The notes under the pieces are model-generated. The model did not search any database, had not been told where the DNA came from, and worked only from the letters and a program-made list of their open reading frames with translations. Of a stretch of 64,000 nt of DNA, positions 14,901 through 30,600 are shown in pieces. The stretch comes from the human T2T-CHM13v2.0 reference genome, Homo sapiens, in assembly GCF_009914755.1 (NCBI RefSeq), contig NC_060940.1, one strand, 5' to 3'. Numbering within the stretch: the stretch's first letter is position 1; every line of letters starts with the position of its first letter. Made by a program: the position numbers and the translations under genes.

Positions 14901-17900
14901 TATTCAATTCCAGTCGATGATGATTCCGTTGGAGTCCATACGATGATTCCATTTGATTTCATTTCATGATGATTCCATTCGATGACAATTACATTGGATT
15001 CCATTCTATGATTCCATTCAATTCCATTCGTTGATGATTCGATTCCATTCAATGATGATTCCATTTGAGTTCATTCGATGATTCTATTCGATTACATTCT
15101 ATGGTGATTCAATTCTCTTACATTGGATGATTCGACTCGATTCCATTTGATGATTATTCCATTGGAGTCCACTTAGTGAATCATTTAGATTCTACTCGAA
15201 GATGATTCCATTCGAGTCCATTCGATGATACCATTCAATTCCATTCGTTGATGCTTCCATTCAAGTGCATTCGATGATATCATTCGATTCCATTTGATGA
15301 TAATTCCATTTGATTCCATGCGATGATTCTATTCGATTCCATTCAATGATAATTCCATTCAATTCAGTGATTCCTCTGGACTCCATTTGATGATGATTCC
15401 ATTCAATGATTCCATTCGATTCTATTCGAAAATGATTCCATTTGAATCCATTTGATGACGATTCCATTCCATTCCATTTGATGATTCCATTCTATTCTAT
15501 TCGATGATGATTCCATTCGATTCCATTCGATGATGATTGGATTCGATTCCATTTGATGATTTCATTTGATTCCATTCGTTAATGATTTCGATCAATTCCA
15601 TTCGATGATTCCATTCGATTCCATTCGATAATGATTACATCCGAGTCCATTCGATGATTCCCTTTGAGCCTGTTCGATAATTCCATTTGAGTCCAACCAA
15701 TGATTCCATTCATTTCCATTCAATGATTCCATTCGAGTCCATTTGATCATTCCGGTAGGGTCCATTCGATGTTGATTCCATTGGAGTGCATTCGATGATT
15801 CCATTCGAGTCCATTTTAGGATTTGATTCGAGTCCTTTCAATGATTCCATTCGATTCCACTCGATGATGATTTCATTCGAGTCCATTCGACACTTCCAAT
15901 CGATTCCATTTGATGATTCCATTCGAGTCCAATTGATGATTCCATTCAATTCCATTCGATGATGATTCCGTACGATTCCATTCTGTGATGATTCCATGTG
16001 ATTGCATTCAATGATGATTCCTTTCGATTGCATTCGATTATGATTCATTTCGTGTTCATTCTATGGTTCCACAGGTTTCCATTCGTGTCCATTCCATTAT
16101 TCCATTCTATTCCATTTCATGATGATTCCATTCGATTCCATTCATTGGTGATTCCACTCAATTCCATTCAATGATTCCATTCCATTTCTTTCAACAATGA
16201 TTCCATTAGTTTCTAATCGATGATCCACTTGATTCCATTTGACGACGATTCCATTCTTGTCCATTCGATGATTCCATTTGATTCCATATGATGATGATTC
16301 CATTCGATTCCATACGATGATGATTCCATTCGAGTCCATTCAATGGTGATTCCACTCAATTCCATTCGATGTTTCCTTTCGATTCCATTCGATGATGATG
16401 GCATTCGATTCCTTTCAATCATTCCCTTTGATTCCATTCAAAGGTGATTTCATTCAAGTCCATTCGATAATTGCATTCGATTCCATTCTATGATGATTCC
16501 ATTCGAGTCCATTTGATGATTCCATTCAATTCAAGTCAATGATGATTCCATTCGATTCCATTCGATGATTCCATTGGATTCCATTCGATGATGATTCCAT
16601 TCAAATCCATTCGATAATTCAATTCAAGTCCATTCGATGATGATTCCAATCGAATCCATTCAAAGATTCCATTCAGTTCCATTCGATGATTCCCTTAGAT
16701 TCCATTCGATGATTCCACTTGATTCCATTTACGATGATTCCATTCGATTCCATGTGATGATTCCATTCAATTCTATTCAATGGTGTCTCCATTTGATTCC
16801 ATTCGACCATGATTGCTTTTGATTCCATTCAATGATTCCATTCGGTTCCGTTTGATGATGATTCCGTTCGATTCCATTTGATGATTCCATTTGATTCCAT
16901 TGGATGAGTCCATTCAATTACATTCGATGATTATTCCATTCGAGTGCATTAGATGATTCCATTCGAGTCCATTCGATGATTCCATTCGATTCCATTCGAT
17001 GTTGATTCTGTTCAAATCCATTCGATGATTCCACTCGATTCCATTCGATGACTCCATTTGATCCCATTCGATGATTTCCTTTGATTCCCTTTGATGATCA
17101 TTCCATTTGATTCAATTCGGTGATTTCATTTGATTCCATTCAGTGATGTTTCCATTCGACTCCATTCGATGATGATTCCATTCGACTCCATTCGATTATG
17201 ATTTCATTCAATTCCATTCGATAATGATTCCCTTCGAGTCCATTCGATGATTCCATTCGATTCCATTCAACGATGATTTGATTAGTGTCCATTCGATGAT
17301 TCCATTTGATTCCACTTGATGATGATTCCATTCGAGTCCATTTGATGATTCCATTCAATTCCATACTCCGATGATTTCTTTTGAGCCCACTCAATGCTTC
17401 CACTCGATTCCATATGATGATGACTCCATTCGATGAAATTCGATGATGATTCCATTCGCTTGCTTTCGATGATGATTCCACTTGAGTCCGTTAGAAGATT
17501 CTATTCAATTACATTCCATGACGATTCCGTTCGAGTCCATTTGATGATTCCATTAGACTCCATTCGACGATGATTCCATTCGATGTTATTCGATGATTCC
17601 ATTCGATCTCATTCGATGATGATTCCATTCAACTCCATTCGATGTTTCCATTCGAGTTCATTCTGTTATTCCATTACATTCCATTCGATGATGATTCCAT
17701 TCGATTCCATTTGATGATTGCATTCTATTTCATTTGATGATGATTCCATTCGAGTCCACTCGATGATTCCATTCGAGTCCATTTAATGAATCCATTGGTT
17801 TCAATTCTATGATGATTACATTGGATTCCATTCGTTGATGATTTCATTCGGTTCCATTCAATGATGATTCCATTCAATTCCTTTCAATGTTTCCATTCAA

Positions 17901-20900
17901 TTCCATACGATGATGATTCCATTTGATTTGATTCGACAGTGAGCCATTCGATTCAATTCCATGATGATTCTATTTGATTCAATTGGTTGACATTTCCATT
18001 CGATTCCATTCGATGATGATTCCCTTTGATTCCATTCAAAGATGATTCCATTCTAGCCCATTCAATCATTCCATTCGATTCTATTCAATGATGATTCCAT
18101 TCATGTCGATTTGGTGATTCCATTTGACTTCATTTGATGATGATTCCTTTCAAGTTCATTAGATGATTCCATTCGATTCCATTTGATGATGATCCCATTC
18201 GAGTCCATTCAGTGATTCCATTCGTTTCCATTCCATGATGATTCCATTCCATTCCATGCAATGATTCCATTCGATTCCGTTTGATGATGATTTCATTCGA
18301 GTCCATTTGATGATTCCATTTGATTCCGTTCGATGATGATTCCATTCGAGTCCATTCGATGATTCTATTCGAATCCATTTGATGATTTCTTTTGATTATA
18401 TTTGGTGATGATTCCATTGGAGTCCATTCAATGATTCCATTCGATTACAATCGATGGTGATTCCATTAGAGTCCATTTAATGATTCCATTTGATTCCAGT
18501 CTCTGATGATTACATTCGAGTCCATACGATGATTCCACTCAATTCCATATGATGATGATTCCATTCGATTCCATTCGATGATTCCATTCTATTCTATTCA
18601 ATGGTGATTCCATTCGAGTACATTAGATGATTCCATTCGATTCCATTCAATGATGATTCTATTTGTGTCCCTTAGATGATTCCACATGATTCCATTAGAT
18701 GATGATACTATTTGAGCCCATCCAATGATTCCCTTCGATTCCATTCGATGAGGATTCCATTCGATTCAATTCATTGGTGATTCTATTCAATTCAATTCTT
18801 TGATTCCATTCCATTCCATTCGACAATGATTCCATTCGATTTCTTTCGATGATTCCACTCGATTCCACTTGACATTGATTCCATTCGATTCCATTCAATG
18901 ATTCCATTTGATTCCAGTGGATGATGATTGCCATCGATTCCATTCGATCACTCCATTCTATTCCATTTGATGATGATTACTTTCGATTCCATTTGATGAT
19001 TCCATCTGATTCTATTCGAGGATTCCATTTGATTCCATTCGCTGATGATTCCATTCGAGTCCATTCGATGATTTCATTCGAGTACATCCAAGGATTCCAT
19101 TCGAGTCCATTTGATGATTCCATTTGATTCCATTTGATTATGATTCTACTAGAGTCCATTCAATGACTCCATTCGAGTCCATTCAACAATTCCATTCGAC
19201 TCCATTCGAAGATTCCATTCGATTCCATTTGATGATTCCATTCGAGTCCATTTAATCATTACAGTCGAGTCCATTTGGTGATTCCGCTGGATTTCCTTTG
19301 ATAATGATACCATTCAATTACATTTGATGATGATCCCATTCAATTTCATTTGATGATGACTCCATTAGAGTCCATTCGATGATTTTATTCGAGTCCCTTC
19401 ATTGATTCCATCCGATTTCATTGGATGATGACTCCATTCGAGTCCATACGATGATTCCACTCGATTCCATTAGATGATTCCATTGGAGTCCATTTGATTG
19501 TCCCATTTGATTCCATTCGATTCCTTTCGAAGATTATTCCATTTGAGTCCATTTGATGATGATTCCATTCCATTCCATTCGATGATTCCGTTTGATTCCA
19601 TTCGATGATTCCCTTCGATTCCTATCTTTGATGATTCCATTCCATTCCATTCAATGATTCCATTCGAATCTATTCCATGATGATTCCTTTCGATTCCATT
19701 CGCTGATGTTTCCGTTCAATTCCATTCGATGATGATTCCATTCGATTCCATTCATTGAGGATTCCATTTGATTCCATTCAATGATGATTCCATTCTATTC
19801 CATTCAAAGATTGCATTCAATTCCATTCAGTGGTTATCCCATTAGAGTAAACTCAACGATTCCATTCAATACCATTCGATGATGATTCCTTTTGAGTCCA
19901 TTCAATGATTTCATTCAAGTCCATTTGATGATTCCTTTCAATTCCATTCTATGATGATTCCATTCGAGTCCATTCGATGATTCCATTCGATTGCATTCGA
20001 TGATTCCATTATATTCCATTCAATGATGATTCCATTCCAGTCCATTCGATGATTCCATTAGAGTACATTTAATGATTGCTTTGTTTTCAATTCGAAGATG
20101 ATTACATTCGATTCCATTCTATGATACCATTCGATTCCATTCAATGATGACTCCACTCAAATCCATTGGATGATTCCATTCGTGTCCATTCGGTGATTTC
20201 ATTAGAATCCATTCGAAGATGACTCCATTCGATTCCATTCGATGATTCCATTCAATTCCATTCGATGATGATTCCATTCGAGTCCATATGATCATTCCAT
20301 TTGATTTCATTCGATGATGATTCCATTCGATTCGATTCGACGATTCCATTCTATTCCATTCGATGATGATTCCATTCGAGTCCATTCGATGATTCCATTC
20401 GAGTCCATTTAATGATTCCATTGGGTTCAATTCAATGATGATTACATTGGATTCCGTTCTATGATTCCATTCAATTCCGTTCATTGACAATTTGATTCCA
20501 TTCGATGATGATTCCATTTGAGTTCATTCGATGATTCTATTCGATTCTCTTCGATGGTGATTCAATTCTATTATATTGGATGATTCCATTCGATTCCATT
20601 TGATGTTGATTCAATTCGATTCTATTCGATGATGATTCCATTGGATTTCACTTGATGATTCTATTCGATTCCATTCAATGATGATTCACTTCTCGTCCAT
20701 TGGATGATTCCATTTCATTCCATTCGATGATGATTCCATTCGATTCCATTCGATGATTCCATTTGATTCCATTCGACGGTGAGCAATTCGATTCAATTCC
20801 ATGATGATTCTATTTGATTCAATTAGATGATGTTTCCATTCGAATCCATTCCATGATTATTCCATTGGAATCCATTCGGCGATGATTCCATATGAGTCAA

Positions 20901-23900
20901 TTCAATGATGATTCCATATGGGTCCGTTCGGTGATAATTCCATTTGATTTCATTCGATGCTTCTATTCAATTCCAGTCGATGATGATTCCGTTGGAGTCC
21001 ATACGATGATTCCATTTGATTTCATTTCATGATGATTCCATTCGATGACAATTACATTGGATTCCATTCTATGATTCCATTCAATTCCATTCGTTGATGA
21101 TTCGATTCCATTCAATGATGATTCCATTTGAGTTCATTCGATGATTCTATTCGATTCCATTCTATGGTGATTCAATTCTCTTATATTGGATGATTCGACT
21201 CGATTCCATTTGATGATTATTCCATTGGAGTCCACTTAGTGAATCATTTAGATTCTACTCGAAGATGATTCCATTCGAGTCCATTCGATGATACCATTCA
21301 ATTCCATTCGTTGATGCTTCCATTCAAGTGCATTCGATGATATCATTCGATTCCATTTGATGATAATTCCATTTGATTCCATGCGATGATTCTATTCGAT
21401 TCCATTCAAAGATAATTCCATTCAATTCAGTGATTCCTCTGGACTCCATTTGATGATGATTCCATTCAATGATTCCATTCGATTCTATTCGAAAATGATT
21501 CCATTTGAATCCATTTGATGACGATTCCATTCCATTCCATTTGATGATTCCATTCTATTCTATTCGATGATGATTCCATTCGATTCCATTCGATGATGAT
21601 TGGATTCGATTCCATTGGATGATTTCATTTGATTCCATTCGTTAATGATTTCGATCAATTCCATTCGATGATTCCATTCGATTCCATTCGATAATGATTA
21701 CATCCGAGTCCATTCGATGATTCCCTTTGAGTCTGTTCGATAATTCCATTTGAGTCCAACCAATGATTCCATTCATTTCCATTCAATGATTCCATTCGAG
21801 TCCATTTGATCATTCCGGTAGGGTCCATTCGATGTTGATTCCATTGGAGTGCATTCGATGATTCCATTCGAGTCCATTTTAGGATTTGATTCGAGTCCTT
21901 TCGATGATTCCATTCGATTCCACTCGATGATGATTTCATTCGATTCCATTCGACACTTCCAATCGATTCCATTTGATGATTCCATTCGAGTCCAATTGAT
22001 GATTCCATTCAATTCCATTCGATGATGATTCCGTACGATTCCATTCTGTGATGATTCCATGTGATTGCATTCAATGATGATTCCTTTCGATTGCATTCGA
22101 TTATGATTCATTTCGTGTTCATTCTATGGTTCCACAGGTTTCCATTCGTGTCCATTCCATTATTCCATTCTATTCCATTTGATGATGATTGCATTCGATT
22201 CCATTCATTGGTGATTCCACTCAATTCCATTCAATGATTCCATTCCATTTCTTTCAACAATGATTCCATTAGTTTCTAATCGATGATCCACTTGATTCCA
22301 TTTGACGACGATTCCATTCTTGTCCATTCGATGATTCCATTTGATTCCATATGATGATGATTCCATTCGATTCCATACCATGATGATTCCATTCGAGTCC
22401 ATTCAATGGTGATTCCATTCAATTCCATTCGATGATTCCTTTCGATTCCATTCGATGATGATGGCATTCGATTCCTTTCAATCATTCCCTTTGATTCCAT
22501 TCAAAGGTGATTTCATTCAAGTCCATTCGATAATTGCATTCGATTCCATTCTATGATGATTCCATTCGAGTCCATTTGATGATTCCATTCAATTCAAGTC
22601 AATGATGATTCCATTCGATTCCATTCGATGATTCCATTGGATTCCATTCGATGATGATTCCATTCAAATCCATTCGATAATTCAATTCAAGTCCATTCGA
22701 TGATGATTCCAATCGAATCCATTCAAAGATTCCATTCAGTTCCATTCGATGATTCCCTTAGATTCCATTCGATGATTCCACTTGATTCCATTTACGATGA
22801 TTCCATTCGATTCCATGTGATGATTCCATTCAATTCTATTCAATGGTGTCTCCATTTGATTCCATTCGACCATGATTGCTTTTGATTCCATTCAATGATT
22901 CCATTCGGTTCCGTTTGATGATGATTCCGTTCGATTCCATTTGATGATTCCATTTGATTCCATTGGATGAGTCCATTCGATTACATTCGATGATTATTCC
23001 ATTCGAGTGCATTAGATGATTCCATTCGAGTCCATTCGATGATTCCATTCGATTCCATTCGATGTTGATTCTGTTCAAATCCATTCGATGATTCCACTCA
23101 ATTCCATTCGATGACTCCATTTGATCTCATTCGATGATTTCCTTTGATTCCCTTTGATGATCATTCCATTTGATTCAATTCGGTGATTTCATTTGATTCC
23201 ATTCAGTGATGTTTCCATTCGACTCCATTCGATGATGATTCCATTCGACTCCATTCGATTATGATTTCATTCAATTCCATTCGATAATGATTCCCTTCGA
23301 GTCCATTCGATGATTCCATTCGATTCCATTCAATGATGATTTGATTCGTGTCCATTCGATGATTCCATTTGATTCCACTTGATGATGATTCCATTCGAGT
23401 CCATTTGATGATTCCATTCAATTCCATACTCCGATGATTTCTTTTGAGCCCATTCAATGCTTCCACTCGATTCCATATGATGACTCCATTCGATGAAATT
23501 CGATGATGATTCCATTCGCTTGCTTTCGATGATGATTCCACTTGAGTCCGTTAGAAGATTCTATTCAATTACATTCCATGACGATTCCGTTCGAGTCCAT
23601 TTGATGATTCCATTAGACTCCATTCGACGATGATTCCATTCGATGTTATTCGATGATTCCATTCGATCTCATTTGATGATGATTCCATTCAACTCCATTC
23701 GATGTTTCCATTCGAGTTCATTCTATTATTCCATTACATTCCATTCGATGATGATTCCATTCGATTCCATTTGATGATTGCATTCTATTTCATTTGATGA
23801 TGATTCCATTCGAGTCCACTCGATGATTCCATTCGAGTCCATTTAATGAATCCATTGGTTTCAATTCTATGATGATTACATTGGATTCCATTCGTTGATG

Positions 23901-26900
23901 ATTTCATTCGGTTCCATTCAATGATGATTCTATTCAATTCCTTTCAATGTTTCCATTCAATTCCATACGATGATGATTCCATTTGATTTGATTCGACAGT
24001 GAGCCATTCGATTCAATACCATGATGATTCTATTTTATTCAATTGGTTGACATTTCCATTCGATTCCATTCGATAATGATTCCCTTTGATTCCATTCAAA
24101 GATGATTCCATTCTAGCCCATTCAATCATTCCATTCGATTCTATTCAATGATGATTCCATTCATGTCGATTTGGTGATTCCATTTGACTTCATTTGATGA
24201 TGATTCCTTTCAAGTTCATTAGATGATTCCATTCGATTCCATTTGATGATGATTCCATTCGAGTCCATTCAGTGATTCCATTCGTTTCCATTCCATGATG
24301 ATTCCATTCCATTCCATGCAATGATTCCATTCGATTCCGTTTGATGATGATTTCATTCGAGTCCATTTGATGATTCCATTTGATTCCATTCGATGATGAT
24401 TCCATTCGAGTCCATTCGATGATTCTATTCGAATCCATTTGATGATTTCTTTTGATTATAGTTGGTGATGATTCCATTGGAGTCCATTCAATGATTCCAT
24501 TCGATTCCAATCGATGGTGATTCCATTAGAGTCCATTTAATGATTCCATTTGATTCCAGTCTCTGATGATTACATTCGAGTCCATACGATGATTCCACTC
24601 AATTCCATATGATGATGATTCCATTCGATTCCATTCGATGATTCCATTCTATTCTATTCAATGGTGATTCCATTCGAGTACATTAGATGATTCCATTCGA
24701 TTCCATTCAATGATGATTCTATTTGTGTCCCTTAGATGATTCCACATGATTCCATTAGATGATGATACTATTTGAACCCATCCAATGATTCCTTTCGATT
24801 CCATTCGATGAGGATTCCATTCGATTCAATTCATTGGTGATTCTATTCAATTCAATTCTTTGATTCCATTCCATTCCATTCGACAATGATTCCATTCGAT
24901 TTCTTTCGATGATTCCACTCGATTCCACTTGACATTGATTCCATTCGATTCCATTCAATGATTCCATTTGATTCCAGTGGATGATGATTGCCATCGATTC
25001 CATTCGATCACTCCATTCTATTCCATTTGATGATGATTACATTCGATTCCATTTGATGATTCCATCTGATTCTATTCGAGGATTCCATTTGATTCCATTC
25101 GCTGATGATTCCATTCGAGTCCATTCGATGATTTCATTCGAGTACATCCAAGGATTCCATTCGAGTCCATTTGATGATTCCATTTGATTCCATTTGATTA
25201 TGATTCTACTAGAGTCCATTCAATGACTCCATTCGAGTCCATTCAACAATTCCATTCGACTCCATTCGAAGATTCCATTCGATTCCATTTGATGATTCCA
25301 TTCGAGTCCATTTAATCATTACAGTCGAGTCCATTTGGTGATTCCGCTGGATTTCCTTTGATAATGATACCATTCAATTACATTTGATGATGATCCCATT
25401 CAATTTCATTTGATGATGACTCCATTAGAGTCCATTCGATTATTTTATTCGAGTCCCTTCATTGATTCCATCCGATTTCATTGGATGATGACTCCATTCG
25501 AGTCCATACGATGATTCCACTCGATTCCATTAGATGATTCCATTGGAGTCCATTTGATTGTCCCATTTGATTCCATTCGATTCCTTTCGAAGATTATTCC
25601 ATTTGAGTCCATTTGATGATGATTCCATTCCATTCCATTCGATGATTCCGTTTGATTCCATTCGATGATTCCCTTCGATTCCTATCTTTGATGATTCCAT
25701 TCCATTCCATTCAATGATTCCATTCGAATCTATTCCATGATGATTCCTTTCGATTCCATTCGCTGATGTTTCCGTTCAATTCCATTCGATGATGATTCCA
25801 TTCGATTCCATTCATTGAGGATTCCATTTGATTCCATTCAATGATGATTCCATTCTATTCCATTCAAAGATTGCATTCAATTCCATTCAGTGGTTATCCC
25901 ATTAGAGTAAACTCAACGATTCCATTCAATACCATTCGATGATGATTCCTTTTGAGTCCATTCAATGATTTCATTCAAGTCCATTTGATGATTCCTTTCA
26001 ATTCCATTCTATGATGATTCCATTCGAGTCCATTCGATGATTCCATTCGATTGCATTCGATGATTCCATTATATTCCATTCAATGATGATTCCATTCCAG
26101 TCCATTCGATGATTCCATTAGAGTACATTTAATGATTGCTTTGTTTTCAATTCGAAGATGATTACATTCGATTCCATTCTATGATACCATTCGATTCCAT
26201 TCAATGATGACTCCACTCAAATCCATTGGATGATTCCATTCGTGTCCATTCGGTGATTTCATTAGAATCCATTCGAAGATGACTCCATTCGATTCCATTC
26301 GATGATTCCATTCAATTCCATTCGATGATGATTCCATTCGAGTCCATATGATCATTCCATTTGATTTCATTCGATGATGATTCCATTCGATTCGATTCGA
26401 CGATTCCATTCTATTCCATTCGATGATGATTCCATTCGAGTCCATTTGATGATTCCATTCGAGTCCATTTAATGATTCCATTGGGTTCAATTCAATGATG
26501 ATTACATTGGATTCCGTTCTATGATTCCATTCAATTCCGTTCATTGACAATTTGATTCCATTCGATGATGATTCCATTTGAGTTCATTCGATGATTCTAT
26601 TCGATTCTCTTCGATGGTGATTCAATTCTATTATATTGGATGATTCCATTCGATTCCATTTGATGTTGATTCAATTCGATTCTATTCGATGATGATTCCA
26701 TTGGATTTCACTTGATGATTCTATTCGATTCCATTCAATGATGATTCACTTCTCGTCCATTGGATGATTCCATTTCATTCCATTCGATGATGATTCCATT
26801 CGATTCCATTCGATGATTCCATTTGATTCCATTCGACGGTGAGCAATTCGATTCAATTCCATGATGATTCTATTTGATTCAATTAGATGATGTTTCCATT

Positions 26901-27625
26901 CGAATCCATTCCATGATTATTCCATTGGAATCCATTCGGCGATGATTCCATATGAGTCAATTCAATGATGATTCCATATGGGTCCGTTCGGTGATAATTC
27001 CATTTGATTTCATTTGATGCTTCTATTCAATTCCAGTCGATGATGATTCCGTTGGAGTCCATACGATGATTCCATTTGATTTCATTTCATGATGATTCCA
27101 TTCGATGACAATTACATTGGATTCCATTCTATGATTCCATTCAATTCCATTCGTTGATGATTCGATTCCATTCAATGATGATTCCATTTGAGTTCATTCG
27201 ATGATTCTATTCGATTCCATTCTATGGTGATTCAATTCTCTTATATTGGATGATTCGACTCGATTCCATTTGATGATTATTCCATTGGAGTCCACTTAGT
27301 GAATCATTTAGATTCTACTCGAAGATGATTCCATTCGAGTCCATTCGATGATACCATTCAATTCCATTCGTTGATGCTTCCATTCAAGTGCATTCGATGA
27401 TATCATTCGATTCCATTTGATGATAATTCCATTTGATTCCATGCGATGATTCTATTCGATTCCATTCAAAGATAATTCCATTCAATTCAGTGATTCCTCT
27501 GGACTCCATTTGATGATGATTCCATTCAATGATTCCATTCGATTCTATTCGAAAATGATTCCATTTGAATCCATTTGATGACGATTCCATTCCATTCCAT
27601 TTGATGATTCCATTCTATTCTATTC
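2930..27625 (+). repeat. ~6.06 kb higher-order repeat, about 4 tandem copies (family 1)
   Basis: Paralogous landmarks at 5019/11079/17140/23203, 6571/12632/18695/24755, 7995/14056/20119/26179 and 9200/15261/21324/27384 give spacings of 6060-6063 bp. Confidence 0.93.
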
Positions 27626-30600
27626 GATGATGATTCCATTAGATTCCATTTGATGATTCCATTCGATTCCATTTGACGATGATTCCATTCGATTCCATTT
27701 GATGATTCCATTCTATTCTATTCGATGATGATTCCATTCGATTCCATTCGATGATGATTGGATTTGATTCCATTTGATGATTTCATTTGATTCCATTCGT
27801 TAATGATTTCGATCAACTCCATTCGATGATTCCATTTAATTCCATTTGATAATGATTACATCCGAGTCCATTCGATGATTCCATTTGAGCCCGTTCGATA
27901 ATTCCATTTGAGTCCAATCAATGATTCCATTCATTTCCATTCAATGATTCCATTCGAGTCCATTTGATCATTCTGGTAGGGTCCGTTCGATGTTGATTCC
28001 ATTGGAGTGCATTCGATGATTCCATTCGAGTCCATTTTATGATTTGTTTCGAGTCCTTTCGATGATTCCATTCGATTCCACTCGATGATGATTTCATTCG
28101 AGTCCATTCGACACTTCCAATCGATTCCATTTGATGTTTCCATTCGAGTCCAATTGATGATTCCATTCAATTCCATTCGATGATGATTCCGTACGATTCC
28201 ATTCTGTGATGATTCCATGTGATTGCATTCAATGATGATTCCTTTCGATTGCATTCGATTATGATTCATTTCGTGTTCATTCTATGGTTCCACAGGTTTC
28301 CATTCGATGACGTTTCCGTTCGTGTCCATTCCATTATTCCATTCTATTTCATTTGATGATGATTCCATTCGATTCCATTCATTGGTGATTCCACTCAATT
28401 CCATTCAATGATTCCATTCCATTTCTTTCAACAATGATTCCATTAGTTTCTATTCGATGATCCACTTGATTCCATTTGGCGATGATTCCATTCGTGTCCA
28501 TTCGATGATTCCATTTGATTCCATATGATGATGATTCCATTCGATTCCATACGATGATGATTCCATTCGAGTCCATTCAATGGTGATTCCATTCAATTCC
28601 ATTCAATGATTCCTTCCGATTCCATTCGATGATGATGGCATTCGATTCCTTTCAATCATTCCCTTTGATTCCATTCAAAGGTGATTTCATTCAAGTCCAT
28701 TCGATAATTGCATTCGATTCCATTCTATGATGATTCCATTCGAGTCCATTTGATGATTCCATTCAATTCAAGTCAATGATGATTCCATTCGATTCCACTC
28801 GATGATTCCATTGGATTCCATTCGATGATGATTCCATTCAAATCCATTCGATAATTCAATTCAAGTCCATTCGATGATGATTCCAATCGAATCCATTCAA
28901 AGATTCCATTCAATTCCATTCGATGATGATTCCCTTAGATTCCATTCGATGATTCCACTTGATTCCATTTACGATGATTCCATTCAATTCCATGTGATGA
29001 ATCCATTCAATTCTATTCAATGATGTTTCCATTTGATTCCATTGGACCATGATTGCCTTTGATTCCATTCAATGATTCCATTCGGTTCCATTTGATGATG
29101 ATTCCGTTCGATTCCATTTCATTATTCCATTTGATTCCATTGGATGAGTCCATTCGATTACATTCGATGATTATTCCATTCGAGTGCATTAGATGATTCC
29201 ATTCGAGTCCATTCGGTGATTCCATTCGATTCCATTCGATGTTGATTCTGTTCAAATCCATTCGATGATTCCACTCGATTCCATTCGATGACTCCATTTG
29301 ATCCCATTCGATGATTTCCTGTGATTCCCTTTGATGATCATTCCATTTGATTCAATTCGGTGATTTCATTTGATTCCATTCAGTGACGTTTCCATTCCAC
29401 TCCATTCGATGATGATTCCATTCGACTCCATTCGATTATGATTTTATTCAATTCCACTCGATAATGACTCCCTTCGAGTCCATTCGATGATTCCATTCGA
29501 TTCCATTCAACGATGATTTGATTCGTGTCCATTCGATGATTCCATTTGATTCCACTTGATGATGATTCCATTCGAGTCCATTTGATGATTCCATTCAATT
29601 CCATTCTCCGATGATTTCTCTTGAGCCCATTCAATGCTTCCACTCGATTCCATATGATGATGACTCCATTCGATGAAATTCGATGATGATTCCATTCGCT
29701 TGCGTTCGATGATGATTCCACTTGAGTCCGTTAGAAGATTCTATTCAATTACATTCCATGACGATTCCATTCGAGTCCATTTGATGATTCCATTAGACTC
29801 CATTCGACGATGATTCCATTCGATGTTATTCGATGATTCCATTCGATCTCATTCGATGATGATTCCATTCAACTCCATTCGATGTTTCCATTCGAGTTCA
29901 TACTATTATTCCATTAGATTCCATTCGATGATGATTCCATTCGATTCCATTTGATGATTGCATTCTATTTCATGTAATGATGATTCCATTCGAGACCACT
30001 CGATGATTCCATTCGAGTCCATTTAATGAATCCATTGGTTTCAATTCTATGATGATTACTTTGGATTCCATTCGTTGATGATTTCATTCGGTTCCATTCA
30101 ATGATGATTCCATTCAATTCCTTTCAATGTTTCCATTCAGTTCCATACGATGATGATTCCATTTGATTTGATTCGACAGTGAGCCATTCGATTCAATTCC
30201 ATGATGATTCTATTTGATTCAATTGGTTGACATTTCCATTCGATTCCATTCGATGATGATTCCCTTTGATTCCATTCAAAGATGATTCCATTCTAGCCCA
30301 TTCAATCATTCCATTCGATTCTATTCAATGATGATTCCACTCATGTCGATTTGGTGATTCCATTTGACTTCATTTGATGATGATTTCTTTCAAGTTCATT
30401 AGATGATTCCATTCGATTCCATTTGATGATGATCCCATTCGAGTCCATTCAGTGATTCCATTCGTTTCCATTCCATGATGATTCCATTCCATTCCATGCA
30501 ATGATTCCATTCGATTCCGTTTGATGATGATTTCATTCGAGTCCATTTGATGATTCCATTTGATTCCATTCGATGATGATTCCATTCGAGTCCATTCGAT

